From assembly GCA_963665125.2 (NCBI GenBank), contig CAXXUK010000002.1, positions 800,001 through 864,000 of the forward strand: DNA of 64,000 bases. The letters run 5' to 3'. The position numbers were made by a program, and so were the translations under genes. This document shows positions 46,680-56,480 of this stretch, piece after piece (the first letter of the stretch is position 1; each line of letters opens with the position of its first letter). This DNA is from an uncultured Desulfarculus sp. Its GTDB lineage: Bacteria; Desulfobacterota; Desulfarculia; Desulfarculales; Desulfarculaceae. Under the pieces are notes generated by a model that did not search any database, had not been told where the DNA came from, and worked only from the letters and a program-made list of their open reading frames with translations.

Positions 46680-48125
46680 ATGATCAGGATTCCCGACAAA
46701 GGAAAATCCAAGGACCAGGTGTTATCAGAGCTGGCTTCCTTTGGGGCCAAGGACTTGGACACCAAGGGTGGCGGCACCTGGGCCTATGTCTATGACCACG
46801 GCCTGGCCGATGTGGACGAGGTGGGCAAGCAGGCCTACGTGATGTATTTGTCCCAAAACGGCCTGGACCCCACGGTGTACCCCAGCCTGCTTAGGCTGGA
46901 GACCGAGTTGGCCTCCATGGCCGCTTCCCACCTGGGCGGCGATTCCCGGGTGGTGGGCAACTTCACCAGCGGCGGCACCGAAAGCCTGATCCTGGCCGTC
47001 AAGACGGCTCGGGACTGGGCCAGGGCCAAAAAACCGCACATCAAAAAGCCGGAGATGATTCTGCCCACCACGGCCCACGCGGCCTTTCACAAGGCGGGCA
47101 AATATTTGGGCGTGGAGATCGTCCTGGCGCCGGTGGATCCGCTGACCTTCAAGGCCGACATCGCGGCAACCGAGGCGGCCATCACCGAAAACACCATCCT
47201 GCTGGTGGGCTCGGCCGTCAGCTATGCCCACGGCGTGACAGACCCCATCGCCGAACTGGGTCAGCTGGCTCTTAAAAACAATATCCTGCTGCATGTGGAC
47301 GGCTGCATCGGCGGCTTCATGCTGCCGTATTACAAGCAACTGGGCGTGGACATAACGCCATTCGACTTCAGCGTGCCCGGCGTGACCAGCATGTCCATGG
47401 ACTGGCACAAGTACGCCTATTGCCCCAAGGGCGCGTCGGTGGTCTTGTACAAGAACAAGGACTTGCGGCGCTATCAGATCTTCGCCTGCGCCAACTGGAC
47501 CGGCTACACCATCATCAACAACGCAATCCAGTCCAGCAAGTCCGGCGGGCCCATGGCCGCGGCCTGGGCCGTCTTGAATCACATCGGCCAGGAAGGCTAT
47601 CTGGAGATCACCCGCCGCACCCTGGAGGCCACCCGCAAGATTATTGCCGGGGTGGAGGCCATCGACGGCCTGGAGGTCATGGGCAGGCCCGAGCTTTGCC
47701 TGGTGGCCTTCAGTTCGGACACGGTCAACGTCTTCGAAGTCATCGACGAGATGAAGCTGCGGGGCTGGTATGTGCAGCCCCAGCTGCGCTACCCCGGCTC
47801 CAGCGAAAACATCCACCTCACCGTCACGGGGGTGAGCCTGGACCGCTGCGAGGCCATGCTGGCCGACCTGGCCCAATGCGTGGAGATCGCCCGACCCAAG
47901 GGTTGCCCGGATTGGGACGAACTGGGCGCCGGTTTCGCCAATTTCGATCCGGCCAAGATCGAGCCCGATGATATCATGGCCCTGATGGCCGGGGCTGGGG
48001 TGGACCCGGCCAACCTGCCCCAGCGCATGGCCGAGATCAACGGCCTGTTGAACGCCATGAGCCCGGCTCTGCGCGAGGTGGTGCTTACCGGGTTCTTGAA
48101 CGACATGTTCGGGCCGGTGGCCTGA
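46680..48125 (+). CDS. PLP-dependent enzyme, sphingosine-1-phosphate lyase / group II decarboxylase family
   Basis: NGLDPTVYPSLLRLE, FTSGGTES, HAAFHKA, HVDGCIGGF, DFSVPGVTSMSMDWHKY. Confidence 0.85.
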   Translation: MIRIPDKGKSKDQVLSELASFGAKDLDTKGGGTWAYVYDHGLADVDEVGKQAYVMYLSQNGLDPTVYPSLLRLETELASMAASHLGGDSRVVGNFTSGGTESLILAVKTARDWARAKKPHIKKPEMILPTTAHAAFHKAGKYLGVEIVLAPVDPLTFKADIAATEAAITENTILLVGSAVSYAHGVTDPIAELGQLALKNNILLHVDGCIGGFMLPYYKQLGVDITPFDFSVPGVTSMSMDWHKYAYCPKGASVVLYKNKDLRRYQIFACANWTGYTIINNAIQSSKSGGPMAAAWAVLNHIGQEGYLEITRRTLEATRKIIAGVEAIDGLEVMGRPELCLVAFSSDTVNVFEVIDEMKLRGWYVQPQLRYPGSSENIHLTVTGVSLDRCEAMLADLAQCVEIARPKGCPDWDELGAGFANFDPAKIEPDDIMALMAGAGVDPANLPQRMAEINGLLNAMSPALREVVLTGFLNDMFGPVA

Positions 48126-48133
48126 TACGCTAT

Positions 48134-48292
48134 TGGCAGGATGTTGAAATAGTCCGTCCTAGACTTTTTCAACCGCTACTTGGCAAAAGCGTGGTTTTGC
48201 CAAGTAGCTAAATTTGCTTGTTTTTGCAAAACCGCGCAAATTGGCGGGCCGTCCATGGCCCGCCTAGCAGGCTGTTTTTCAACAGCCTGCTA
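48134..48292. mobile_element. MITE/REP-like non-coding element with terminal inverted repeats and internal hairpins
   Basis: Ends TGGCAGGATGTTGAAAT and TTTTCAACAGCCTGCTA (14/17 complementary). Internal stems include perfect GCTACTTGGCAAAA/TTTTGCCAAGTAGC and GGCGGGCC/GGCCCGCC. Confidence 0.65.
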
Positions 48293-48315
48293 GAGTCTAG
48301 ACGGAGACGGCAACG

Positions 48316-48732
48316 GTGAAGATACAAGGCCTGGAATTCCCGGATGAGCTTTTCTACGACGAAAACCATTATTGGCTGCGGGTGGATGACGGCGCGGCGG
48401 CCATGGGCATCGACGCCTACACCGCCCACATGGCCGGGGAGATAACCCACATCGATCTGCCCCAGGCCGGAATGGCCGTGGAAAAGGGCCGCCCCCTGGG
48501 CTCGGTGGAAAGCGGCAAATGGGTGGGCCGCATCTACGCGCCCGTATCGGGCAAGGTCACCGAGGTGAACACGCCCCTGGAAGACGCGCCCGAACAGATC
48601 AACGACGACCCCTACGCCCACTGGCTGTGCCGCATTGCCCCGGCCGACCTGAACGGTGAGCTGCCCGGCCTACTCAGGGGCGAGCCGCTCAAGCAGTTCA
48701 TCGAGGCCGAGCTGGCCCGCCTGGAAGACTAG
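48316..48732 (+). CDS. Lipoyl-carrier protein (GcvH/LbpA-like)
   Basis: FPDELFYD..HYW, GSVESGKWVG (lipoyl Lys), APVSGKV.EVN, INDDPY. Confidence 0.92.
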   Translation: MKIQGLEFPDELFYDENHYWLRVDDGAAAMGIDAYTAHMAGEITHIDLPQAGMAVEKGRPLGSVESGKWVGRIYAPVSGKVTEVNTPLEDAPEQINDDPYAHWLCRIAPADLNGELPGLLRGEPLKQFIEAELARLED

Positions 48733-48746
48733 ACAGGGGCGCGGCC

Positions 48747-50297
48747 ATGCATGTACGCCTTTTGGATACCGGGCTGATCAGCGGGGCCGCCAACATGGCT
48801 CTGGACTCCATCATCCTGGAAGAGGTGGAAGCCGGAGCCAGCCCGCCGACCTTGCGTTTTCTGCGCTTTGACCCTCCTGCGGCCCTGGTGGGCTTCAATC
48901 AGGACGTGGGCACGGAAATCCGCGCCGACTATTGCCGGGAAAACCGCATCGACATCAACAGGCGCATCACCGGCGGCGGTTCGATCCTGTTTGAGCCGTC
49001 CATGCTGGGCTTCGAACTTTTCTGGCCCACCTCCGGCCCCGGCCTGGGCCGGGATTTCGGGGCCATCACTGAGCGCCTGGCCGGATTGGCCGCCCAAGCC
49101 ATAACCAGCCTGGGCGCCCCGGCGGCCTTCCGGCCCCGCAATGACATCGAAATCCACGGCCGCAAGGTCTCGGGCACGGGCATGGTCTTCTACGGCAAGG
49201 CCTGGATGTTCCAGGGCACGCTGCTCATAGAAAACTGCATGGAGACCATGCTGCGGGCTTTGCGGGTGCCCGTGGAAAAACTCAAGCGCCGGGAGATCCA
49301 GAGCCTGTTGCAGCGCCTGACGTTTTTGGCCGACGAGATCGGCCGGGTGCCGGACATGACCGAAATCAAGGCCGCCTTTGCCAAAGCCTATGAGATAGGG
49401 TTGGGGTATGGCCTGGCACCCGGCGGCCTGACCGAACGCGAGCAACAGCGCCTGGCCAAGGAACTGCCGTATTATGAATCAGACCAGTGGGTTCAGCGCC
49501 GCAGGCTCAGCGGCGAGGCCTCCCAGGTGCTGCGGGCCCAGTCGGGACGCATGACCACGGCCCTGTTCACCGACCCGGAGCACAAAAAAATATCCCAGGC
49601 CCTGATCACCGGCGATTTCTTTTGCCGTCCCCAGCGTTTGATCATGGACGTGGAGGGCATACTGCGGGGCGCGCCGTTAAAGCCTGTAGCCCTGCGCAAG
49701 ACTTTAGATGATTATCTGGATTCGTTGGACCACGAGATCGTTGGCATCAGCCGGGAACAGTTCGTCGACTGCGTGATCCAGGCCGCCGCAAAGGGCGCGG
49801 CTCCCTGGCCGGGCTTCCAGGCAGAGGACCTCAATGAGGTGCATCCCATCTCCATGGACCTGGACATGCAAGGCTGGCAACGACCGGCCCGGCTGCTGCT
49901 GCCGTACTGCGCCAAGGATTTGCAGTGCCCCCAGCGCCACGAAGACGGCTGCGACCAATGCGGCCTGTGCGACATCGGCGACATGTATGAGTTGGCCGAA
50001 AAATGTGATATCAAGGCGGTGACCATCACCAGCTTTGAGCACCTGATGGCCGAGATCGCCGACATAGGCAAGACGCCGGGCGAGACCTACGTGGGCAGCT
50101 GTTGCCAGGCGTTCTTGGCCAAGCATCAGCACGAGATGGCCGAGGCCGGGGTCAAGGGCGTTATCGTGGGGCTCAATTCCTTGACCTGCTATGATCTGGG
50201 CAAGGAGACCGACGCCTATGCCGGGACCTTTGAAAAACAAAGCCAGATGGAGACCGCCCTGTTCAGCAGGGTGGTCCGATTCCTGACCAGAGAGTAA
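48747..50297 (+). CDS. Lipoate-protein ligase (LplA-type) fused to a Cys-rich DUF116-like C-terminal domain
   Basis: NMALD, RRITGGG, PRNDI..GRKVSG, QGTLL, ITGDFF; C-terminal PYCAK..C...CDQCGLC...GSCC...TCY. Confidence 0.87.
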   Translation: MHVRLLDTGLISGAANMALDSIILEEVEAGASPPTLRFLRFDPPAALVGFNQDVGTEIRADYCRENRIDINRRITGGGSILFEPSMLGFELFWPTSGPGLGRDFGAITERLAGLAAQAITSLGAPAAFRPRNDIEIHGRKVSGTGMVFYGKAWMFQGTLLIENCMETMLRALRVPVEKLKRREIQSLLQRLTFLADEIGRVPDMTEIKAAFAKAYEIGLGYGLAPGGLTEREQQRLAKELPYYESDQWVQRRRLSGEASQVLRAQSGRMTTALFTDPEHKKISQALITGDFFCRPQRLIMDVEGILRGAPLKPVALRKTLDDYLDSLDHEIVGISREQFVDCVIQAAAKGAAPWPGFQAEDLNEVHPISMDLDMQGWQRPARLLLPYCAKDLQCPQRHEDGCDQCGLCDIGDMYELAEKCDIKAVTITSFEHLMAEIADIGKTPGETYVGSCCQAFLAKHQHEMAEAGVKGVIVGLNSLTCYDLGKETDAYAGTFEKQSQMETALFSRVVRFLTRE

Positions 50298-50302
50298 AGA
50301 GC

Positions 50303-51376
50303 TTGCCGCGCAAACTGATAGTGGATGTGGCCGTGGTCGGCGGCGGGCCCGCCGGACTGGCTGCCGCCGAGGCCGCCGCCAGGGCTGGGGCCTGGGTGAT
50401 CCTGGTGGAGGCCAAGCCGGAGATCGGAGCCCGTTGCCACTGCGCCGAATGGGTTCCGGCCCTGCTGGTGGGCGAGATAGACCTGCCCAAGGAAGTCAGG
50501 CGAACGGCCACCGACAGCCTGGAATGCCAGGCCGGGGACCAGCGCGCCGTGGCCGGGGTCAAGGGCTGGGTCATCGACCGTCCGGCCTGGGAGCGGCATA
50601 CGGCAAGCCGGGTCTTGTGGTGGGGCGTGTCCATGGTTTGCGGGGCCAGGGCCAAGGGCTTTGACGACAAAGGACGGCTGATCATCCAGGGGCGCAACAA
50701 GTTCATCAAGATCGAGGCCGCCGTGGTGGTGGCCGCCGACGGAGCGCTTTCGCCCACGGCCAGGGCCGCCGGGCTGCCCCGCCTGGCGGGCGTGCCGGCC
50801 ATGCAGCTCGAGATGACCGCCGGGGTTGGCGAGCAAAAGGCCATCGCGGCCTTCCGGCCCGACCTGGTGGGCTACCAGTGGTGCTTCCCCAAGGGCGGGA
50901 CGGTGAACATCGGCCTTGGCGGCAGGGCGCTGGGTCATGTTTCCCTTAACGAAATGCTGGGCCAATGGCAAGACGAACTGCGGGCCGAGGGCCTCGTCGC
51001 CGACGGCGTGGTGCGCCGGGGCGGCGGCTGGCTGCCCGGCGGGGGGATGCGCCCGGCCGTGCATGAACTCGGCGACGGGACCATGCTGCTGCTGGCCGGA
51101 GACGCGGCAGGCCTGACCCATCCCACCACCGGCGCGGGCATCCCCCAGGCCGTGGTCAGCGGCAGATTGGCCGGAGAGGCCGCCGCGGCCATGGCCAATG
51201 GCGATTCCGGCGCCGCCCGTGAATACGAGGCCGAGCTGACGGGCCGTTTCGGGGGGTATCTGAACCGGGGCGCGGAGTCCCTGGCCCAAGCCACGGCGAT
51301 GTGGCCGGATGATTTCATGGAGGCCGTGAAGATCTACTGGCCCCTGTGGCCCCGGCGGGACGCCGCTGATGAGTGA
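50303..51376 (+). CDS. FAD-dependent geranylgeranyl-reductase-like protein (LipT-like by context)
   Basis: VVGGGPAG, CAE, ADG, YQWCFPK, GDAAGLTHPTTGAGI; TTG start. Confidence 0.82.
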   Translation: MPRKLIVDVAVVGGGPAGLAAAEAAARAGAWVILVEAKPEIGARCHCAEWVPALLVGEIDLPKEVRRTATDSLECQAGDQRAVAGVKGWVIDRPAWERHTASRVLWWGVSMVCGARAKGFDDKGRLIIQGRNKFIKIEAAVVVAADGALSPTARAAGLPRLAGVPAMQLEMTAGVGEQKAIAAFRPDLVGYQWCFPKGGTVNIGLGGRALGHVSLNEMLGQWQDELRAEGLVADGVVRRGGGWLPGGGMRPAVHELGDGTMLLLAGDAAGLTHPTTGAGIPQAVVSGRLAGEAAAAMANGDSGAAREYEAELTGRFGGYLNRGAESLAQATAMWPDDFMEAVKIYWPLWPRRDAADE

Positions 51377-52328
51377 TCTGGGCCGCCTGCTGGAGTTAGC
51401 CCGCCGGGCCCGGCCTGAATTACGCGGTCCGGAGCTGGGCCTGTTCGTGCCGGGCATGGTGGTTTACGAAGGCAAGCGGGGCCGCTTCCCGGCCATGAGC
51501 ATCACCGGCGGGCAATGCTCTCTGCAATGCGCCCACTGCCGGGGCGGCCTGCTGCAAGGCATGGCCGACGCATCCACGCCGGAAAGCCTGTTGCAGAGGG
51601 CCACAGAGGCCCAGGCCAAAGGCAATGTCGGCATCCTGGTCAGCGGCGGGTGCGCCAAAGACGGCCGCCTGCCCTGGGATGCATTCGCTGACGCCCTGGC
51701 AGAGATCAAACGCCAAACCGGGTTGTTCGTGGCCGTGCACAGCGGTTTCGTGGATGCGGCCCAGGCCAATTTGCTGGCCCAGGCCGGAGTGGACCTGGCC
51801 ATGATCGACGTCATCGGCGACGACGCCACGGCAAAGGATGTCTACGGCCTGTCCGGCGCGGCTGTTGCCGCCGAAAGCCTGTCGGCCCTGGTGGAAGCAG
51901 GGTTAAACGTGGCCCCGCACATCGTGGCGGGCTTGAATCACGGCCGGATCGTCGGCGAGGAGCGGGCCGTCGAGGTTGCCCTGCAAAGCGGCGCGAAGAC
52001 CCTGGTCTTCGTGGTGTTGATGCCCCTGAAAGGCACGGCCATGGCCCAGGCAACCCCGCCCGCGCCCGAAGACGTGGCCAGGCTGATCTGTGGGGCACGG
52101 CTGGCAAAACCGGAGATTACGATCAATCTGGGCTGCGGCAGGCCCAGGGGAGCCCATGCCGCCCGGCTGGATGAATTGGCCTTGATGGCCGGTGTGGACA
52201 ACATCGCCGTGCCCGCGCCCGAGACCGCTGAGTTGGCCGCCAGATCGGGGCGTGAGCCTGTTTGGCGCCATATCTGCTGCACCGCGCCGCTGGATCTGCC
52301 CGGCGGCGTCTGGGGAGAGCAAATATGA
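51369..52328 (+). CDS. lipS1: Radical SAM lipoyl synthase subunit, LipS1-type
   Basis: SITGGQCSLQCAHC, LVSGGC, PHIVAGL, LGCGRP and C-terminal CC motifs. Confidence 0.78.
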   Translation: MSDLGRLLELARRARPELRGPELGLFVPGMVVYEGKRGRFPAMSITGGQCSLQCAHCRGGLLQGMADASTPESLLQRATEAQAKGNVGILVSGGCAKDGRLPWDAFADALAEIKRQTGLFVAVHSGFVDAAQANLLAQAGVDLAMIDVIGDDATAKDVYGLSGAAVAAESLSALVEAGLNVAPHIVAGLNHGRIVGEERAVEVALQSGAKTLVFVVLMPLKGTAMAQATPPAPEDVARLICGARLAKPEITINLGCGRPRGAHAARLDELALMAGVDNIAVPAPETAELAARSGREPVWRHICCTAPLDLPGGVWGEQI

Positions 52329-53392
52329 TGGATAGCATTGGTCCCCAAAACCTGCGTATAAGCCTGGCCGCGGCCATGGAACTGGGCCTAAAACAGGGCT
52401 TTTTCTATCGCGACGCCAGGTTGCATTGCATCAATCTGCTGCTGACCTATGACGACGGCTGCAAGGCCAACTGCGCCTTTTGCGGGCTGAGCAGGGAGCG
52501 TTCAGGCCTGTATCCGGAAAAGAAATTCATCCGAGTGGAATGGCCCACCCACGGCACGGATACGATCATCGAACGTCTCCAGGCCGTACAGGGCAAGGGC
52601 GTCGTGCAGCGGGTTTGCCTGTCCATGATCACCCACCCCGAGGCCGTGGCCGACGCCCTGGCTCTTAGCCGCCGCCTGACCACCGAGGTCGACCTGCCGC
52701 TGTCGGCGTTGATCACCCCCACGCTGATGGATGAAAAGGACCTGCAAGACTTCAAGGACGCCGGGGTGGACCGCATTGGTGTTGCCATCGACTGCGCAAC
52801 GCCGGAGATTTTCGACGATCTGCGGGGCAAGCGGGCCCGTGGGCCGCACAAGTGGGAGCGCTACTGGGATGTCTATGAAAAAGCCCTGGCCATTTTCGGG
52901 CCGGACCGGGCGGGAGTTCACCTCATCTGCGGCCTGGGCGAGACCGAAGCCGAACTGGCCCAGGCCATGCAACGGGCCAGGGACATGGGCGGCTTCACCC
53001 ACTTGTTCAGCTTTTTCCCCGAGGGCGGCTCAAGACTGGCCCGGCACACTCCGCCGCCCATTGGCCAATACCGGCGCATACAGGTGGCCCGCTGGCTCAT
53101 CGACCACGACCTGGCCGCCGAAAGCGGTTTCCACTACGACGGACAGGGGCGCATAACCGGGTTCGGCGTGGCGCGGCAGGTGTTCGAAGAAGTCATCAAG
53201 GACGGAAAATGCTTCATGACCTCGGGCTGCCCCGGCGCCACCCTGGAGACGGCCTGCAACCGCCCCTTTGCCAATGAACGGCCCGGCCCGGATATCCGCA
53301 ACTACCCCTTCCACCCCACTGACGAAGATATAGCCAAATGCCGCGGCGAACTATGGACCGCGGCTCCGAAGCATGTCGTCTCAAGATTGTAA
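52325..53392 (+). CDS. lipS2: Radical SAM lipoyl synthase subunit, LipS2-type
   Basis: CKANCAFC, RVEWP, HLICGLGE, TSGCP...CNRP..NE.P..RNYP; ATGA overlap with lipS1. Confidence 0.78.
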   Translation: MMDSIGPQNLRISLAAAMELGLKQGFFYRDARLHCINLLLTYDDGCKANCAFCGLSRERSGLYPEKKFIRVEWPTHGTDTIIERLQAVQGKGVVQRVCLSMITHPEAVADALALSRRLTTEVDLPLSALITPTLMDEKDLQDFKDAGVDRIGVAIDCATPEIFDDLRGKRARGPHKWERYWDVYEKALAIFGPDRAGVHLICGLGETEAELAQAMQRARDMGGFTHLFSFFPEGGSRLARHTPPPIGQYRRIQVARWLIDHDLAAESGFHYDGQGRITGFGVARQVFEEVIKDGKCFMTSGCPGATLETACNRPFANERPGPDIRNYPFHPTDEDIAKCRGELWTAAPKHVVSRL

Positions 53393-53512
53393 GCTGAATC
53401 TCGAGCTACTTCATAAAAGTCTACAATTTAATAAATGAATATTCCTATTCCGTACATCGGGTTATGTATAATCATAACATTGGGTAGAATATTCGTTTAA
53501 GTCGGCGCAAAA

Positions 53513-55546
53513 GTGGGGGCTGTTGTGTGGCTTAATAATCTCAAGGTAGGCAAGAAGATAGGCGGAGGCTTCGGGCTGGTCTTGCTGCTGATGGCGGTGT
53601 CGGGGCTGTTGGTTTACACCGGCGTCGGTGGCATCGTTGACAATGCCCAGGAGGTGATAGCCGGTAACAAGCTCGACGGAAGCCTAGCCCAAAAAGAAGT
53701 GGACCATCTGGCCTGGGCGACGAAGGTCAACAGCTTTCTTACCGATAGCAGAGTAAAAAAACTCGATGTGCAAATCAACCCACGGGAGTGCGGTTTCGGC
53801 AGGTGGTACTATGGCCAGGGCCGTAAAGACGCGGAAACGTTGGTACCTACTCTGGCACCTCTGTTGGCGGCCATCGAGTCTCCCCACACCACGCTTCACG
53901 ATTCGGCCAGGCTGATCAAACAGCGCTTTCGCCAGCCGCATCCCGGTCTTCTGATCCAGTTGTCGGATCTGCTGATCAAACATTTGGTTTGGACCAATAC
54001 GTTGTGTTCACGCGTCAACGGGCTGTTTTTAAAGCAAGGCGCCCTGGCCGGCGTCAACCGGAGCGATTTCCGCGTGGATGTGGAGATGGACCCTGATGAA
54101 TGCGCCTTGGGGGTCTTTCTCGCTTCGGATTATTTGGCGGAGCAAAAGAAATCATTCCCGCAGTTGGTTGAGGTGATGGACGCCGTGGTGGAACCGCACA
54201 ACAGGCTTCACGCTTCGGCGGCCCGGATTCAACAAATGGTTCGCGACGGGCAAGTGGAAAAAGCGGCGCTGCTTTTTCAGAACGAGACGTTGCCAACTTT
54301 AAAAAAGGTAAAGCAACTGCTGAACCAGGCCATAGACGCTGAAGCTCAATTGCAAAAGGCCGCTGAGGATGCGATGATGATTTACGCCACCCAAACCCAG
54401 CCCAGCCTTGAAAAAGTTCAGGAGCTCATAGAAAAAATCCGCAAAGAGTCGCGCAGTCATATTTCCACCGACCAGACAATTTTATCGGCGGCAATGGGCC
54501 TTCAGCTACAGGTCATAACCATTTCCCTTGTGACTTTATTATTGGGCATTTCGGGGGCCGCGTTTTTGACCAGGGCCATGACCAAGCCCTTGCAAAACGC
54601 CTCAACGGCTATAAACACCGTCGCGTCCGGTGACTTCACGATTCAACTTGATGAAGACGATATCAGTCGCAAGGATGAACTGGGAATGATGCTTGCCTCG
54701 CTGCAGGGCATGAGCGACAAGCTTTCCTCAATGGTTCATGATGTCATGTTGGCCTCGGTGCAGGTGGCGAGTTCGGCGTCCCAGATGAGCAACGGCAACC
54801 AGGAATTGAACATCCGCACCCAGCAGCAGGCAGCAGGCGTACAGCAGACGGCCTCGGCCTTGGAACAGATGACAAGCTCCGTAAAAAATACGGCAAACAG
54901 TTCCAGCCAGGCCAACAAACTTGCCTCATTCGCCGCCGAGTTGGCCCGCCGGGGTGGAGATGTTTTGAATCGCACCGTCGACGCCATGGATGAAGTAAGC
55001 AAGAGCAGCAGAAAAATCTCCGAAATCATTACAATCGTAAACGAAATAGCCTTTCAGACCAATTTGCTGGCCCTCAACGCCGCGGTAGAGGCGGCCAGGG
55101 CCGGCGATGCCGGGAGAGGCTTCGCGGTGGTGGCCGGCGAGGTGCGCAATCTGGCCGGTCGAAGCGCCAAGGCGGCCGGGGAGATCCAGACCCTTATCGG
55201 CGACAGCGTTGGCAAGGTGGAACACGTCAGCGATCTGGTTGTCAACAGCGGCAAGATCCTGGGCGAAATTATCGACAATGTGAGAGCTGTCGCCGACGCC
55301 GTGGTCGATATTTCGGCGGCCAGCCAGCAGCAGGCCCAGGGAATTGATGAGGTCAACAAGGCCGTGACCCAGATGGACCAGACAATCCAGCAAAATGCCG
55401 CGTTGGTAGAAGAGGTGGCCTCGACCAGCGAAGAACAGGCCTCGGTGGCCGAGCAGTTGCGCGCCCAGATGTCGCAATTCAAGGTCGACAGGCAAAGGGT
55501 GGACCTTGGCCGCGGCGGCGACGGTCTGCGAGGCGGAGAATTATAG
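53513..55546 (+). CDS. Methyl-accepting chemotaxis protein with two CZB domains and HAMP
   Basis: TM1; [17 protein letters not shown] and HLVW..CALG..HNRLH; TM2; [32 protein letters not shown]. Confidence 0.93.
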   Translation: MGAVVWLNNLKVGKKIGGGFGLVLLLMAVSGLLVYTGVGGIVDNAQEVIAGNKLDGSLAQKEVDHLAWATKVNSFLTDSRVKKLDVQINPRECGFGRWYYGQGRKDAETLVPTLAPLLAAIESPHTTLHDSARLIKQRFRQPHPGLLIQLSDLLIKHLVWTNTLCSRVNGLFLKQGALAGVNRSDFRVDVEMDPDECALGVFLASDYLAEQKKSFPQLVEVMDAVVEPHNRLHASAARIQQMVRDGQVEKAALLFQNETLPTLKKVKQLLNQAIDAEAQLQKAAEDAMMIYATQTQPSLEKVQELIEKIRKESRSHISTDQTILSAAMGLQLQVITISLVTLLLGISGAAFLTRAMTKPLQNASTAINTVASGDFTIQLDEDDISRKDELGMMLASLQGMSDKLSSMVHDVMLASVQVASSASQMSNGNQELNIRTQQQAAGVQQTASALEQMTSSVKNTANSSSQANKLASFAAELARRGGDVLNRTVDAMDEVSKSSRKISEIITIVNEIAFQTNLLALNAAVEAARAGDAGRGFAVVAGEVRNLAGRSAKAAGEIQTLIGDSVGKVEHVSDLVVNSGKILGEIIDNVRAVADAVVDISAASQQQAQGIDEVNKAVTQMDQTIQQNAALVEEVASTSEEQASVAEQLRAQMSQFKVDRQRVDLGRGGDGLRGGEL

Positions 55547-55686
55547 AATTCGTCATATCTTGCCCCGTCCGTGTTGGCCCCGGCGATTTTTATTTAATTT
55601 TGGGTTGTTAAAACGAAATGATTGAAATTCTTGGCCCGGGAGCGATTATGCGATAGATTTAGCCAAGTCTCAATGCAACACGGAGC

Positions 55687-56370
55687 ATGCAAATGAGCCG
55701 GGCTGCCCTGGATAATTTCATTTCAGACGGCCTCTGGACCAATATCCTCCAGAGCGTCACCGATCCTATTAGCATTATCAGTGCGGATCATCTCGTGATT
55801 TGGGCCAATGTGGGCGACGATACCGGTTTCGTGCGCCTGAAGGGCAGGCCCGAGGGACGCTTATGCTACGAGGTGTTCATGGATCGCCGGGGCCCTTGTC
55901 CGGATTGTCCCATAGAGCCGGTGTTCAAGACCGGCCGTCCCCACGTGGCCGACAAATGGCTGCCCTCCCTGGCGGGCCACGGCGGACGCTGGAGCGAAGT
56001 GCACAGCTACCCCATCAGCGACGAAGAGGGCAGGGTGCTCTATGTGGTGAAGATCGGCATCGATGTCACCGAACAGCGCAAGGACCAACGCCGCGACCTG
56101 CGCTATGTGGAGCAACTCGAGCGCAGCGCCAGGGAGATGTTGGTCTCCAACGAGCCCCGGGAAACGGAGGCCGATGGCGCGGGGCTCACCCCCCGGGAAG
56201 AACAGGTCCTGCGTTGCGTGGCCCAGGGCATGACCAACAAAGAGATAGCCGCGCTTCTGACCATCAGCCACCATACGGTGAAAAGCCACGTCATCAACAT
56301 CTTCAACAAACTGGGCGTAAACGACCGGGCCCAGGCCGCCGCAACGGCCGCACGCATGGGGCTGGCCTAA
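55687..56370 (+). CDS. PAS + LuxR-HTH transcriptional regulator
   Basis: CYE...CPDCP PAS variant; LTPREEQVL...GMTNKEIA..L.IS.HTVKSH...KLGV. Confidence 0.9.
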   Translation: MQMSRAALDNFISDGLWTNILQSVTDPISIISADHLVIWANVGDDTGFVRLKGRPEGRLCYEVFMDRRGPCPDCPIEPVFKTGRPHVADKWLPSLAGHGGRWSEVHSYPISDEEGRVLYVVKIGIDVTEQRKDQRRDLRYVEQLERSAREMLVSNEPRETEADGAGLTPREEQVLRCVAQGMTNKEIAALLTISHHTVKSHVINIFNKLGVNDRAQAAATAARMGLA

Positions 56371-56480
56371 AGTCAGGCTTCACCGCTTTCGCCTTGTATC
56401 GCCCATATGGGCGATGCGTTGTTTTTAACCAGGTGATTTACTCAATCTAATTAAGAACCATGGTCATGGAGGGCTACGCC

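Noticed and set aside
48316..48732. Glycine cleavage operon
   Set aside because: No gcvP or gcvT nearby; the context is lipoate assembly.
51369..53392. Extra biotin synthase copies
   Set aside because: They lack the BioB motifs seen in 12375..13367 and carry LipS1/LipS2-type Cys motifs next to a lipoate ligase and carrier.
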